DNA of 34,789 nt from Toensbergia leucococca. Lineage: Eukaryota. Of this stretch, positions 1 to 11,581 are shown piece after piece. The DNA is taken from positions 1 to 34,789 of the forward strand of contig JALDZS010000226.1 of the NCBI GenBank assembly GCA_022813965.1. The letters run 5' to 3'. Positions within the stretch are counted from its first letter, which is position 1. Each line of letters opens with the position of its first letter. The notes below the pieces were generated by a model that did no database searches, was not told where the DNA came from, and saw only the letters and a program-made list of their open reading frames with translations. A program made the position numbers and the translations under genes.

Positions 1-1100
1 CTGCCGATCCATATTTTTCAGCTCAAGATCTGCGGGCTGTCGACCTTGAGATAGAGTCTTATATAGATCCTAGAAAATTATCAATGACTATCTGAAGACA
101 ACGTCTCAAGCTCGGGTAGTATTTATACTATAGTTGTAGCTGACAGACACCCACAACGAGGACCATGATAAGTCAATAACCGTTCTGTCTCGGATAAATA
201 GCAAACGGATGTAGGTGAAACTTAACCTATGCATTGCATTGCATCCTAATCTCCTCTTCAAATCAGCGAATAATGTAGATAGTATGAACGTGATATGTGA
301 AATATCAAATTTGAAACTTCATCAGGCTCGGTCCCACTTCTTGCTCATCTTCCTGTTGATTCAATCCGCTGCAACTTCTTTATGTTAGAAAAGCCCTCAA
401 GTCTTTTGTTACAGTTGTGATTGGATTGTCTCTGATCTGCAGGAGTTTCGGTAGTATACTTAGTAATCTGCAATGATGGTGGAGAACTGAAAGAAATCAT
501 AGTCCTGTGAAACGCAGAGCTTGCTCCTGCATGATGACGTTGAATGAAACTACCCTTGGATTCGAACGAATTCAATGGGATTTGATAGAAAGCAAAGGCT
601 GCTAGATTTATGCGTGATGTAGTGGAAAAGTTGAAAGACACAAATGAAATGATATTGCGGACCCTGTCACATCCTTTACCTTGGATTTTGCTAACGCCAT
701 GAAACTCTGGAGGCAATGAAGGTGATCCCATTTGCTCAAAGACGTCGTTAAACAGATGAGGATGATGACGCGATGAGAAGATTCACCCGCGTAAATGTGG
801 AACAGCTGAAGTGTAAATGTGCATTGCCGGCGGCTTTTTACCGATGAGCAACTTGATTGGTGGCTAGCCGTTCAGGCGCTTGGGAAGCTGCACCGCTAAG
901 TAAACGCTACGCCTTCGTCAGGAATTTCGTCTGCTCAACATTCAAAGGTTCAGGTCGTTTTAGCTTACATTGTGTGGAGTTTAGACAGTGATTTTGAACT
1001 GTTGGGTCCTAACCCTTGATGCCCAAATTCAGTCATAGTATTTAGCTGTGATTTTATGATTTCAGTGGGGCAGAATAAAATTCTGAATTCCTCATCTTAG

Positions 1101-1645
1101 CTCAGGCTCCTTAGAGATGCACACATTTTGTGAATTTTTTACTAAAACATATCATTCTTACTGATGTACTTTCATGAATATCAGTATCATTGATATGAGA
1201 GTATTGATACAGTGACATTCCCCTTTGATACTTGTACCCTACCTGAGTGCAATACTGTCATGTTTTATTCTCTACACATCTACCTCATTCATCAACCTAC
1301 ATACCTTATTTGTCTTCAAATAGTGAAAAGTTTCAGGCCCTTAGATGATTATCAATGTAGGGAAAGAATCATGTGAAAATGTAATGTAAAATCATAATGT
1401 TTTTGATAGTGATCAGTCAGTGAGGTGAGGAATGTTTATGTAGTTCTGTTACGTCCGTATGCAGTAGGTAAATTTCAGTAAAATATTCCGCAAAGATGTA
1501 TCTCAAAGAAACCTGAGCGTCCAATGTACGAGCCATTATTACCTTCAAAATATCGTAAAGATACTGATAATCAAAAAAATCACCTCAGTAAAAATGATAA
1601 AATTCAGTAAAATATTCAGAAATTATGTCTGCCTAAGGAACTCGA
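1101..1645. mobile_element. Degenerate AT-rich inverted-repeat element (MITE-like or non-autonomous DNA transposon relic)
   Basis: 1108-1190 (CCTTAG...TGAATTTTTTACTAAAACATATCATTCTTACTGATGTACTTTCATGAATATCAGTATC) aligns with the reverse complement of 1560-1640 (CCTTAG...TGAATATTTTACTGAATTTTATCATTTTTACTGAGGTGATTTTTTTGATTATCAGTATC). A third partial copy lies at 1471-1517. No ORF inside, and no target-site duplication identified. Confidence 0.55.
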
Positions 1646-2056
1646 TTTCTGACTTTCATCCTAGTCAATACTTCTTGAGAATTGCTATTAACTCGCTCGC
1701 TGCAATTAACTAGGGAGGTATGCTTTATCATGTCAAATGAAGACGCATCGACACTCGAAAGCCATTGAATTCAAAACAAAACATAACAAGATCCGCGTTC
1801 TAGCGGTTATCGGATGTTTTTTTCTCTCCTACAATGCACCATAACCTACGTCTTCCAGATACCACGTTCGCAGCGCTGCTTCGAATTGCCATTTGGAAAA
1901 TTCAAAGGAGAGCCCAAAAGAGAAATAGCATTGAAATGTTTAAGCGGACTAGAAAGACCAGCTAACTATGACGAATTAAACAAGGAAATACACACAAAAG
2001 AAGATGCATGGAAACGCAGTCAAACGTAAAGGCACCCATAAAAATCTCACAATAAA

Positions 2057-4071
2057 CTATTCCTGACCCGGAAAGAAACGATTGGCAAGTACTGCCGCAT
2101 GCCCAATACCCATTACGCGATGTATATACTCCAAGACATTCTTGACCCAAAGCCTTCGACCGCCAACGCTCATGAAAGGTTGTGCTTCTGTTGACGAATT
2201 GGTGGCAACCAGTACCACACATAACGGCCACAAAAGGCAGTACCCCCGGATAGCACGCGGATCTCCTGTAATGTCACTGTATAGTTGATCGTCGATCGCA
2301 TTGTCGAGATGCGAGGAGACACTCGAGCAAATGTCATCAATCATCTCGTGGATAACATACGTTGAGTGGTCGTATAATTCGGCGTGCTGGGAGTCATGAG
2401 ACGGAAGCACGCTGACGCTGATTCGATCTTGTGCCGCTGAGCTTCCTAGTGTAGACATCCATTTGACGCAGTCTATGATAGTCAAGTTAAGTAGAATGCG
2501 GGTTGAACGGTACATATTCCAGTGGCAGGCTGTAGAGATAGTCTCGTAAGTATGAACCTTTGTAGGTGCATCTGGGAGGTTAGTAACCACCTGACTCCAG
2601 CGTGAGAAGGCGTAGTGTCTGACGTCGTGTACCTGATAAAGCCAAAAGCCAGACTGATTTCGACTCCACTCTTCGAATCGTGATTCTATTTCTATGGATC
2701 TCATCATGAGCCGATTCAAGATTCTCGTTTTGTCTGGTCTATCAATAGCAAGGGGAAGCTCGACTTCGTATATGTCTCCACGTAGGTCCGCCGTCTGATG
2801 CATTAATTCCATCAGTTGATAGCCATGAGCTGACAATCCGATCCTTTCTACCATCGGAAGTGGGGGACGCTGACGAGTGGAAAGACATTTAACGACCTAT
2901 GTAAACATTGGTAGAGCATTAGCGACCCCCCGCCACAAGCGCTTCTGCGATAAAGTCCGGAGAGACAAACCATTTGCGTGTGTACCATCCTGTACAGCTT
3001 AATTCCCGTCAGCTGCTCGAATTGCTCTTCCCCACGTAGACGAAGTAATAAAATCGCACCGTCAATATGAGTAGCCCAAGAATTTTGGGTTCTCTCTACG
3101 CCGGTAATGACCTGAATAGTCAAGATAAGTCGTAAGCTTGAGGTTTCGCATCCTTTTCGCTGTAATGAATGATTGTAGGATAAGTGACAAGGGTTATATG
3201 GTGACCTTACCTCGTAAAGTCCTAGTAAAGAAACTGCTAAGAGAGTTTCATCGCGCGTAGCTTCTTCCGGGTTTTGCAACGCGGCGTTGGTAAGTTCCAA
3301 GGCCTGGCAGTACTTTGCTGCTGCAGAATCCTTGAGTTCTGGTAGACTCTGTCTTCCCGCTAGGTTGGCTAGAGAATTGGCAATGACAGAGACATGTAGA
3401 CATGAGTCCGAGCTCGATCTGCCGAACATATCCGGTAGGAGGTCATTCCAGCCTTGCTCGGGGTTCGAGGCGTGCGTATCGACCACATAATCGGAGAAGA
3501 AGCGACCCACAGCGATTTGTTCCAATCGAGGACTAACAGGGCGTAGCATTGATGGAGCCTGCAGAGGATTCTGACGATAATCAGGCAGTATTGAATAGGC
3601 AAAAGATGTACTAGCAGCGTAAGTGATGCTGGAGATGTCGTCAGATGCCGTTTGTGGGATTGTTTCGGCAGCGTGCTGGGAGCTCTCCGCGGCCATGGTA
3701 TTAGTACTGGTGTCAATACCCCCTGGATCATCACCACGCTCATCGCCATCGTCAGCTAACGGCTTGGTGGCTCTGCTCCTCCATTTCTCCTGCGCTCTCT
3801 TTACAGCTACATCTGTCTGATTGCGAAATTGAAGATCGAGCTCGTCTCGGTAACGACACACTTGACGAGATCTGGAGCACCGTGAGCACGTAGGCTTCAC
3901 CTCGTCGCACTGCAAATGAGTTAGTTAAAAATGATGGATTAATCAGGCATCAGGAAATAGCAAGGCTAGTCGAGTTCTATCATTTCAACCATAGATTTGA
4001 ATTATACATACTTTGACCTTCAGTCTTCTGCAGTTGTGGCAGCCTCTGCTCAATTGACCACCGAAGGGCAT
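2057..4071 (-). CDS. Zn(II)2Cys6 transcription factor with C-terminal fungal-specific TF domain (Fungal_trans_2-like), 4 exons
   Basis: Exons 4071-4012, 3909-3211, 3111-2971, 2896-2057, with donors GTATGT/GTAAGG/GTTTGT and YAG acceptors. Splicing gives MPFGGQLSRGCHNCRRLKVK|CDEVKPTCSRCSRSRQVC (C-x2-C-x6-C-x6-C-x2-C-x6-C). Downstream motifs DETLLAVSLLGLYE, HIDGAILLLRLRG and GYCLLWPL are typical of this TF class. Confidence 0.9.
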
Positions 4072-5288
4072 CGTCTCGTACTGAAGCTTCAGGTGTTGAG
4101 GGACCAGAACTGCTGGAACGATGTTGTGATCTTACTCCCGATATAAGGGTCAGGGCTTAATTAGAATGACATTGAAGATATATAGGAAATATAATGAGCA
4201 CGAAGCAAAGAACGTGTAAATAAAGATGCAATACCATCCAGGCCTTGCTGCTCCTACTGGGGGCGAACATATTGATCGACAGGAGATGAAGCATCCAAAC
4301 GTTCTTAGTCGTCAGAGAACATAGCAATGCAACAGCCGCAAGAAATAAAGTCAATGGCATTTTGTTGCAGCAATGCTGTGGCAAAACAATAGGGCCAAAT
4401 TAACAAGCTCATTGAGAACTCGATAGGGGAGAAAGGGTGTTGCTCAAGCCACGACGGATGTAGCCGAACAGCCTTTCCAAGTGATGCCAACGGCGGCTGG
4501 GCAAGCAATTGTGGCAAGTCTTGGGATGTTTACCTCTTCACGAGCAGGGCATTCTTTGACAGTGGAGTATCCTCTGGCTGAAGAATTGCGGTCAAGCATA
4601 CGTCTGTTGTTAGACCTGGCGAGCTTTGACCATGGAGATCTCCAAAAGTCTTATGTGAGACGTTCTCCAGGACAGCAAAATGGCAACGCAATGCCTGCCG
4701 CAAATGGAGTAGATCCGGCGGTGCATCCTTGAGATTGTTGCCTTATTCTATTCGATATAATCGATCGCACTAGTGTACACCGACTTCCAGACCTTCTCCA
4801 ATTCTCCAGTTCTCCCCTCCTGTCTTCGCTTGCCTTGTTCGCGTTCGCGTTGGCCATTACGTAAGCCTACATTAGCCCTCTGAATGCGTGGCTGTGAATT
4901 GTGGGCTGAAGGGTTGGGTTGTATCAAGCTTTGCAGATCAAATTGCACACCACCTCTCTATGAATCTTATTTCGCCGAATATGCGCTACTAGGCTGGTGC
5001 TAAAGCGGTGAGCCTATAGCAATGATCGACTAAAAAAAAGGCACTCAGGGTAAAAAGGGTTCCTCGGTTCCTAACGAGAGGTTACACGCGAGCACGCCTA
5101 CCTTACCTTACCCTGAAAGATGACTGTGCCTCTGCACGGTCTACACCCACGTTTTTGAAATCAGGCCATGTATTTAAGCTGACGGCAGCCCACTTCCGTT
5201 ATTGCCCCTGCCTACATTATGGTCTAATCCCAATATTCACCATATTTCAACCTCATTTCTACAAGCCAAGCCCTTACCAGTACTCACT

Positions 5289-6161
5289 ATGGGTCATTTA
5301 ACCTCTCATGGGGACGTTGATGCTGCCATTCTAGCTGTCTATGTTCCTCTCATCTTTCTCATTCTGTTCATCTTTCTCCGCCATGGCTTTGTCGAGTTCA
5401 CGGCATGGTTATATCTTATCGCATTTGCAGCAGGTAAGATCATCACTCCTGTCTTCGCTCATGGCTTTCACTGATCTTGGTTACATGTAGTCAGGATAGC
5501 GGGAGCTGCCATGACAATCGACATTCAACTGACTGGTAGTACCGGACTTGACACTGCTGCCGCTATCCTAACCACCGTCGCTCTCTCACCTCTCCTTTTG
5601 GCGACACTTGCCGTCGCTGGACCCAAGTAAGCGCATGACCCTCCAGATATGAGAAGCTTGTCTAAACAGAGTTACAGGAGGAGAATACCACCCTCAAACG
5701 TGCTTGTTCGAAACGTAGATTGGGCCCTCCAGGTGGATCACATGGTTGTCATTATTGCCCTCATTCTCGCAATCATTGGAGGAATTGATTCTTACTCTTC
5801 GAATGCCTCGGACCACTCGAAAGGCCAGAGCCTTTATCGTGCCGGTGCTGCTATATTCCTTGTGTCTTGGGCCATCCTCGCTATTTCGGTAGTAATTAAC
5901 TGGCGCGAAAGACCGAACCTAACCCCCCTGCAACGGAATCTTTACACGGCTGCCACGATCGTGGCCGTCCCGGCGCTGCTAGTTCGTATTATTGATACTA
6001 TATGTGTGTCAGCCACTATCAATACGGATAGGACCCAGGTTTTCAACTCCCAAAGCGGGAGCATAGTCGCATACGTGCTCATGTCTTTCCTTCCAGAGGT
6101 CTGCGTTGCTTATTCACTTGTCATTGCTGCCATTATTTCGCCCAAGCAGAAATTCGCGTGA
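5289..6161 (+). CDS. Multi-pass integral membrane protein, DUF7702/RTA1-like fungal family, 3 exons
   Basis: Exons 5289-5433, 5491-5626, 5678-6161 (GTAAG...TAG and GTAAG...CAG). The spliced protein has about 7 hydrophobic segments with motifs RHGF...WLYL...VRIAGA, LSPLLLATL, LLVRII and MSFLPEV. Confidence 0.8.
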
Positions 6162-9072
6162 GATAAAAAGGATCAAGGAGATCTCGAGCGCTCTGATAAG
6201 ATACTCAAGTTGGAAAACGTTTGTCTGAGTGAAAGGAGTTGTATAGCTACGGGTGGACTTTTCGGTATATATTTAACTTGTTACTGCACTTCGACAATTA
6301 TTTCAGCTAGGTGTTACTATTTTTGAGTATTTCGGCTTTTGAAGGCTTTAAAGGCCATTGATCCGTGTTTCGTTTTGTCTAAATCATTCTATTGAGACGG
6401 TGTCTTGATGAAGAACTTACACGACTTCATCTCTACGTTTTGAATCTCTCTCGGAGTACATTCTGTGTTATAGTCTATCCAGCCTATTTCAAGGAGTCTT
6501 GGAAATCAACGACCTGCACTCACAACGGAAAATCAAAGTCAAGAACTTTATACTTTGCAGATTCAAGATTTGAGCCCAGGCGAGCGTATTGATTTGCTGG
6601 GCATCTTGAAAAGTTTGACTTAGGGAAGTGAAATTCTCACATGCATGGGTATTTGGATGCTTTGGCTTGAATTTCAAATGGGCATGCTATTTAAAAACCT
6701 TGCCGACATCTTGCAATGTTCAGATTGCTCAGATCTTTGAATTCATTCTTGTAATCTTGGTGAATCATCTTCAACAAATGTTGGCGAGCAACCTTGACGC
6801 AGCCTCAGTGTGCACGGGGGCAAATAAGCTGAATAACAAACAACCGCGTCCTCATCAGCCATCTTCTCACTTACAACAGCTCGTTCATTGCTCATTCATG
6901 CCGGAACTCTACTAACTCGATTTGTGCTTGAAGCGACACATCCCCTGTTTCCCCTGTGCCCAATCGCTGACGCTGTGCAGCTCCTCCCGCAAAGGAACAT
7001 GCAACAAGCTTCACATGGCAAACTCAAACCCCATAGCACGAGCGGCTATGACTTCCAGACAGATTGGCTGTCAAATTAGTCTGAATTCTGGAACGGGACA
7101 TCAGGAAAATGCTGCCACGACATGCAGCCTACGAAACTTAGCATCACATGGAACTTGCCGTGTGATCTTACTGATATCATCTGAAAATGAAGGGATATTC
7201 TGAGGTACCTACCTACAACAATATGACTCTCAGACATAAACGTACTGACTAGCTCTCACCGTGCCGCAGTGGCGCCGATTGACAATACAAGCTTTCACGT
7301 GTGAGCCCGCAAAAACGGTAGCGAACCTTTAGCACTGAACCAGGGTTCACACTATGATATCTGAGACTGATGGGACATTACCGTAGAATACCTACCCTTA
7401 AACCTTCTACCAAATACCAATGAGCTTTGTCCCATCAAATCAACAAATCAGGCGTACGCCATACGCTGTCAGATTGTGCGCAACAACTACACATAACTAC
7501 AAACTCGATCTTCACCTCATTCTCTGATAATTCAGCAACGTGGTCAATTCAAAGCTATCCCATACCGTCTTGCATGGAAGAAGCCGAGCGCTGAAATCAA
7601 AGGCGTCATTGAAATTACTTCTCCAACCGCCTCCAACATCAAACCCCCACTTCCCTCACAAAAAAAACCAATCGCAATGCCATCCCCAAAGATGTTAGCC
7701 TCTTTCCCCTTCAAAAACCATAAACAACGCCACCTACCTCAGCACTCTTGAGGTTCTTTCAATCAAACAATTAAAGTCTCAATCTTAACTACTGACATGC
7801 ATCACTTTGAAACACGCTATGGTAGTCCACAAAATTCCATCTCGTTGAAATACAAATAGCATCTAGCACAATCATGCCGCCCTACCACATTAAGAACTGC
7901 TACCCCAAGTCCTCCTCGCCTAAAACACAACCCTTCACCGCCCCACCACCGGCCTTAAGTGATTCTACCCGAACCCAAAACGGTTCCTCAAGACCCGAAC
8001 ACGACGAAAAAAGTAATCTCCAACCTCAAGACATGTATTAAATCCGATACCCAGTACCACCATGTGTAATCCCATTTATCATACTGCCACGTCCACTACC
8101 ATTCCCCCCCCCAAAAAATCCCCCCCCCAAAAAAAAGCCCAAGCTCAGCCCCCCACATACCCACAGCCCTGCCTCAACCCCAGCACAGCAAAGTCGAAAC
8201 CCCAAAAAAAAGGGCCTAAACTAACCTACCCTAAGCCCTGGGCACCCGTGGCACCTTAGCGTCTCGTACTATACGAACCCAGTCCTCTCGCCAAACGAAA
8301 TTTCCTTTACCCGAGTTTCCCGAGCTACCTAGGGCTGGAGATGGTTGTATCCCGGTATTTTAAGTGGGCATAGGGGATCCGTATTCGCTGTTGCTGTTTT
8401 TTTGTGCTTTTCCCGTTGGCGGCGCGTACGTAAACGTTTTCAGCCCCAGTAGAATAGGTACGTACCGATGTTGGTCGAGGGGGAAATTGGGGGATATCGT
8501 TTTTTGGTGGGCATTAATGCGTATTTGTGTCAAGTTTGAGGGCAATAACTGGACTGGGGCTGGGCTGGACGGGGGTAGAATTAGTGTTATCATTGGCTGA
8601 AAGGGGGTGGGGGGGCGCGAGTTAGGCCAATTGGGGAAATTTTTTTCTTCTTGTCTTTTTTTTTGGGTCTGCTTGGGAAGGGGGGCTGAGATTAGAAGAT
8701 CATTTAGAATACTGCCATCAGCGCCGTCAACTACTAGTGGGAGAAGCGGGATGATGGGTGACGGAGTATTCTAACGGGGCTTGGAGGATTTTTATTTACA
8801 AGATGGGTACAAGGGTCCGTGGGATTGTCAGGATCGGAGGGTGAGGGTTTGGGGTATAAGTAATGTCTGGAATCTCGCTCCCCCTTCTTGCTCATTTCGA
8901 GTCTAACAAATCGTTACTTTTGGGATCTCCCTGAACCCATACATTCTGCAAAAACGTATCTGCACATCAAGGATCAACACTCTCAATCCATCTCGTCAAA
9001 GTAAAACACATCATCCATATCAACACATCCCCAACCTCCCCCACTACTCCTCCACCAGAAAAACAGACAACC

Positions 9073-9528
9073 ATGCTCCTCTACAGCGCCTACCGCGGCA
9101 TCAAAAAGATGACCGATAAACACGCCGAATCAAAGGCCGAAAAGGCCGCAAACAACCAGTCCAATTACGGCGCACCTCCACCCTACGCCCAAGGTCCGGG
9201 TCAACCACAGCACGGGGTGCCGCAGCAGGTATCGCAGCAGCAGCAGCAGTATCAAGGACAGAATTATGGCGGAAACCAGCAACCGTACCAGGGCCAGAAT
9301 GGTGGATATCAGCAGCCGTACCAGGGACAGCAGCCAGAGCAGCAGTTTAGGAGTAATAACCCTTATTCCGGGTCTGGAGGGCAGCAGTTGGGAGTCATGA
9401 ATGGTGGGGGGAATGGAGCGAGAAGTATGAGTGCGGATGGGCGTAGAGGGAGTAGCGATGAACGTCGGACAAGTTCGGATGAGCGACGGGGAAGCGAGGA
9501 GCTTTGGAGAGAGCAGACGGCTCAGTGA
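9073..9528 (+). CDS. Small Gln/Gly/Tyr-rich low-complexity protein (151 aa) with PPPY motif
   Basis: Single ORF with good ATG context (ACAACCATG), a CA-rich leader and a TATA-like TATAAG near 8855. It contains QQPYQGQ repeats. Confidence 0.7.
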   Translation: MLLYSAYRGIKKMTDKHAESKAEKAANNQSNYGAPPPYAQGPGQPQHGVPQQVSQQQQQYQGQNYGGNQQPYQGQNGGYQQPYQGQQPEQQFRSNNPYSGSGGQQLGVMNGGGNGARSMSADGRRGSSDERRTSSDERRGSEELWREQTAQ

Positions 9529-9886
9529 GGCATTTTAGGATGTTTGATAATTGAGGATGGATAGATGTGAAGAGGATTCACATGGGCGGGCATAGGATAA
9601 GATGATGAGGTTTGTCTCTGTTGGGCTATCGCATCACATTTTTGATCTCGTATCTAAGCTCCTCAATAGCCTAATAATGTCAACAAATCGTCTTTTGCTG
9701 ATCCTAGATATGTCATGACCTGTCAACATCATCTTATTTCCTGGCTCGTCTTATACTTATTCAAGATTAAGCTCCAATGCACTGTAAAATCGTAATTTGA
9801 GGAGTAAGCCACGTATTTCATGAGGCCTGCCTGTCAAGGTTACTGGCAGCAATTGCAGCATGATCCGCAGGAATCCAAAGCCCGAG

Positions 9887-10846
9887 CTATCGTGTCGGAG
9901 TGAATATGATTTTAGGCCCACGAGAAGCTTGGCCAGACTTTTGCATGATATGGCGATGATCGTAATTGAACGAGGACCACTTAGTCTCTGCCAACATCAT
10001 GTTAACTTCTGCCCTATCCCAAACATGCTCTCTGCCATTCTTCAAGCCAAGGGCATCCGCATTACTACAGGCGTTCTCATACCACCACAAGTGTTCTTTC
10101 TGATCCTTAGTGGGGTTCTTAGCCCTAGACGCGTCTTTGAGTTCCTGCCAGTTCTTTGACCCGCCAACGCTCTCAGCACATCCATGTCCTTCGCCATCGA
10201 GACATACGAATTGACTCGTAGTATTTGCGCGTCCAAGAATCGTGACGATATGGCGCCAATTGCCGTTACCACCAAAGTCGTACGTATACACTAAGCCTTG
10301 CCCTTGATAGCGAGGATCATCGAAGACATCGGAAAGACACAACTTGTGACTTGCTGTTTCTGGCATGTCAGGCTTCATGCGATCGTTGCTATGCATGTAG
10401 TCGCTCGTGAATCCGCCGCGTGGGGCACCAGCTATCTGCGGTGCATGAGCGATATAAACCTGTTCATGGAAGATCCGTAAAAGTTTGTCGTCTTTCGGCA
10501 TACTAGAACTGGAAGACTCTGCTAGTGGATCAATCAAGGCAAATTGTGCTTGATCCTGAGCTTGTCGCAATTTGATGTACTCTAGGAAACCTAGCTCTGA
10601 TGGATCCCCAATGCTCGACTTTCCGACAGTGTAATCATAAGTATGATTTGCTGACCAGTCAAAGGCTATTTGAATTGCTTGGTGCAACTGGTGAAAGCTT
10701 TTATCGGCAGGGCAGGAAAGAATGCGGATGATGGGTGGATTGGTGATGCCCTTGGGGCGAAGATGAAGCTTGAGAACGTAATTTTGTCGTCGAGGACGCG
10801 GCGGCCCAGCAATAGGCTTACCGTTGATCGATCCCAGTGGAGACAT
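9887..10846 (-). CDS. Plasmid pRiA4b ORF-3-like (MM3350-like) domain protein
   Basis: Intronless ORF from the ATG at 10846. Family motifs: RILSCPADKSFHQLHQAIQIAFDW..H.YDY, YTYDFG...WRH.V and CLDGEGHGCAESVGG..W.ELK. Confidence 0.8.
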   Translation of the reverse strand: MSPLGSINGKPIAGPPRPRRQNYVLKLHLRPKGITNPPIIRILSCPADKSFHQLHQAIQIAFDWSANHTYDYTVGKSSIGDPSELGFLEYIKLRQAQDQAQFALIDPLAESSSSSMPKDDKLLRIFHEQVYIAHAPQIAGAPRGGFTSDYMHSNDRMKPDMPETASHKLCLSDVFDDPRYQGQGLVYTYDFGGNGNWRHIVTILGRANTTSQFVCLDGEGHGCAESVGGSKNWQELKDASRAKNPTKDQKEHLWWYENACSNADALGLKNGREHVWDRAEVNMMLAETKWSSFNYDHRHIMQKSGQASRGPKIIFTPTR

Positions 10847-11526
10847 GATCAATGATTCGAAGGAGTAAGCTGTGGCCGATAGCAAGATTGGCGTGGTTGA
10901 GTGTAGAAGTAAGATACGAGAAAGGGGAAGATAGTATTTGGCAGAGGTGGTGAGAACGCTCGTGACCAGGCTGGCCCAACCCTCTAATTTAGCCTGCCTG
11001 CTGCTCTACCGAAGATCTCTGGTATTACCGGGTCGTCTCTGTCCAATCTTTAAATAGTATTTTCATGCTGGTAACAAGAAAACACTGTCTAAGTTGAAAA
11101 CAATCATTGGTCGTTCGCGAGAGCATCGGAGTACAAATTGCAGCGATACTGTCGAAGGAGCTAAGTATATTGCCTGCTCCAATTGTGAGGCATTTGGAAA
11201 TAGTTGGTGGGACTGTAAACCTCATTGTATCCCTTTGCATGCGGGGCATCCGGACCCAAGGCTCTTGCCTCGAGAAACATTGTCTTGATCAGCACATTGG
11301 AAGTCTCTATCATAGATAGACACCTGTTAGCATTGATCTCGGCTGATGGCTGTAGAATAAAAGGCAGTTGAATCATGGCGGCGTCGTGTCTTGCGAATGA
11401 AGAGAGGGTCTAATAGGTCTAATTGTCAGTCATTTCATTGAGGGGCTGCAAGTCAAGAAGCACCTCAAATGCGCATGATAGTTGCCTTTCCAACGTTTTC
11501 GGTTAGTTTTCAAGTTGATGTTGAAT

Positions 11527-11581
11527 GAGTTCCTGATGGGTTCCTAAGAAGTTTCTAACGAGTTCCAAATGGATTCATGAG
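11527..11581. repeat. Degenerate 11-bp tandem repeat, 5 units
   Basis: GAGTTCCTGAT GGGTTCCTAAG AAGTTTCTAAC GAGTTCCAAAT GGATTCATGAG. Confidence 0.55.

Noticed and set aside
345..731. 128-aa minus-strand ORF
   Set aside because: No recognisable motif or supporting splice structure. It may be a relic or a chance ORF.
11025..11376. Cluster of short overlapping ORFs
   Set aside because: I could not assemble a coherent spliced gene or recognise a domain.
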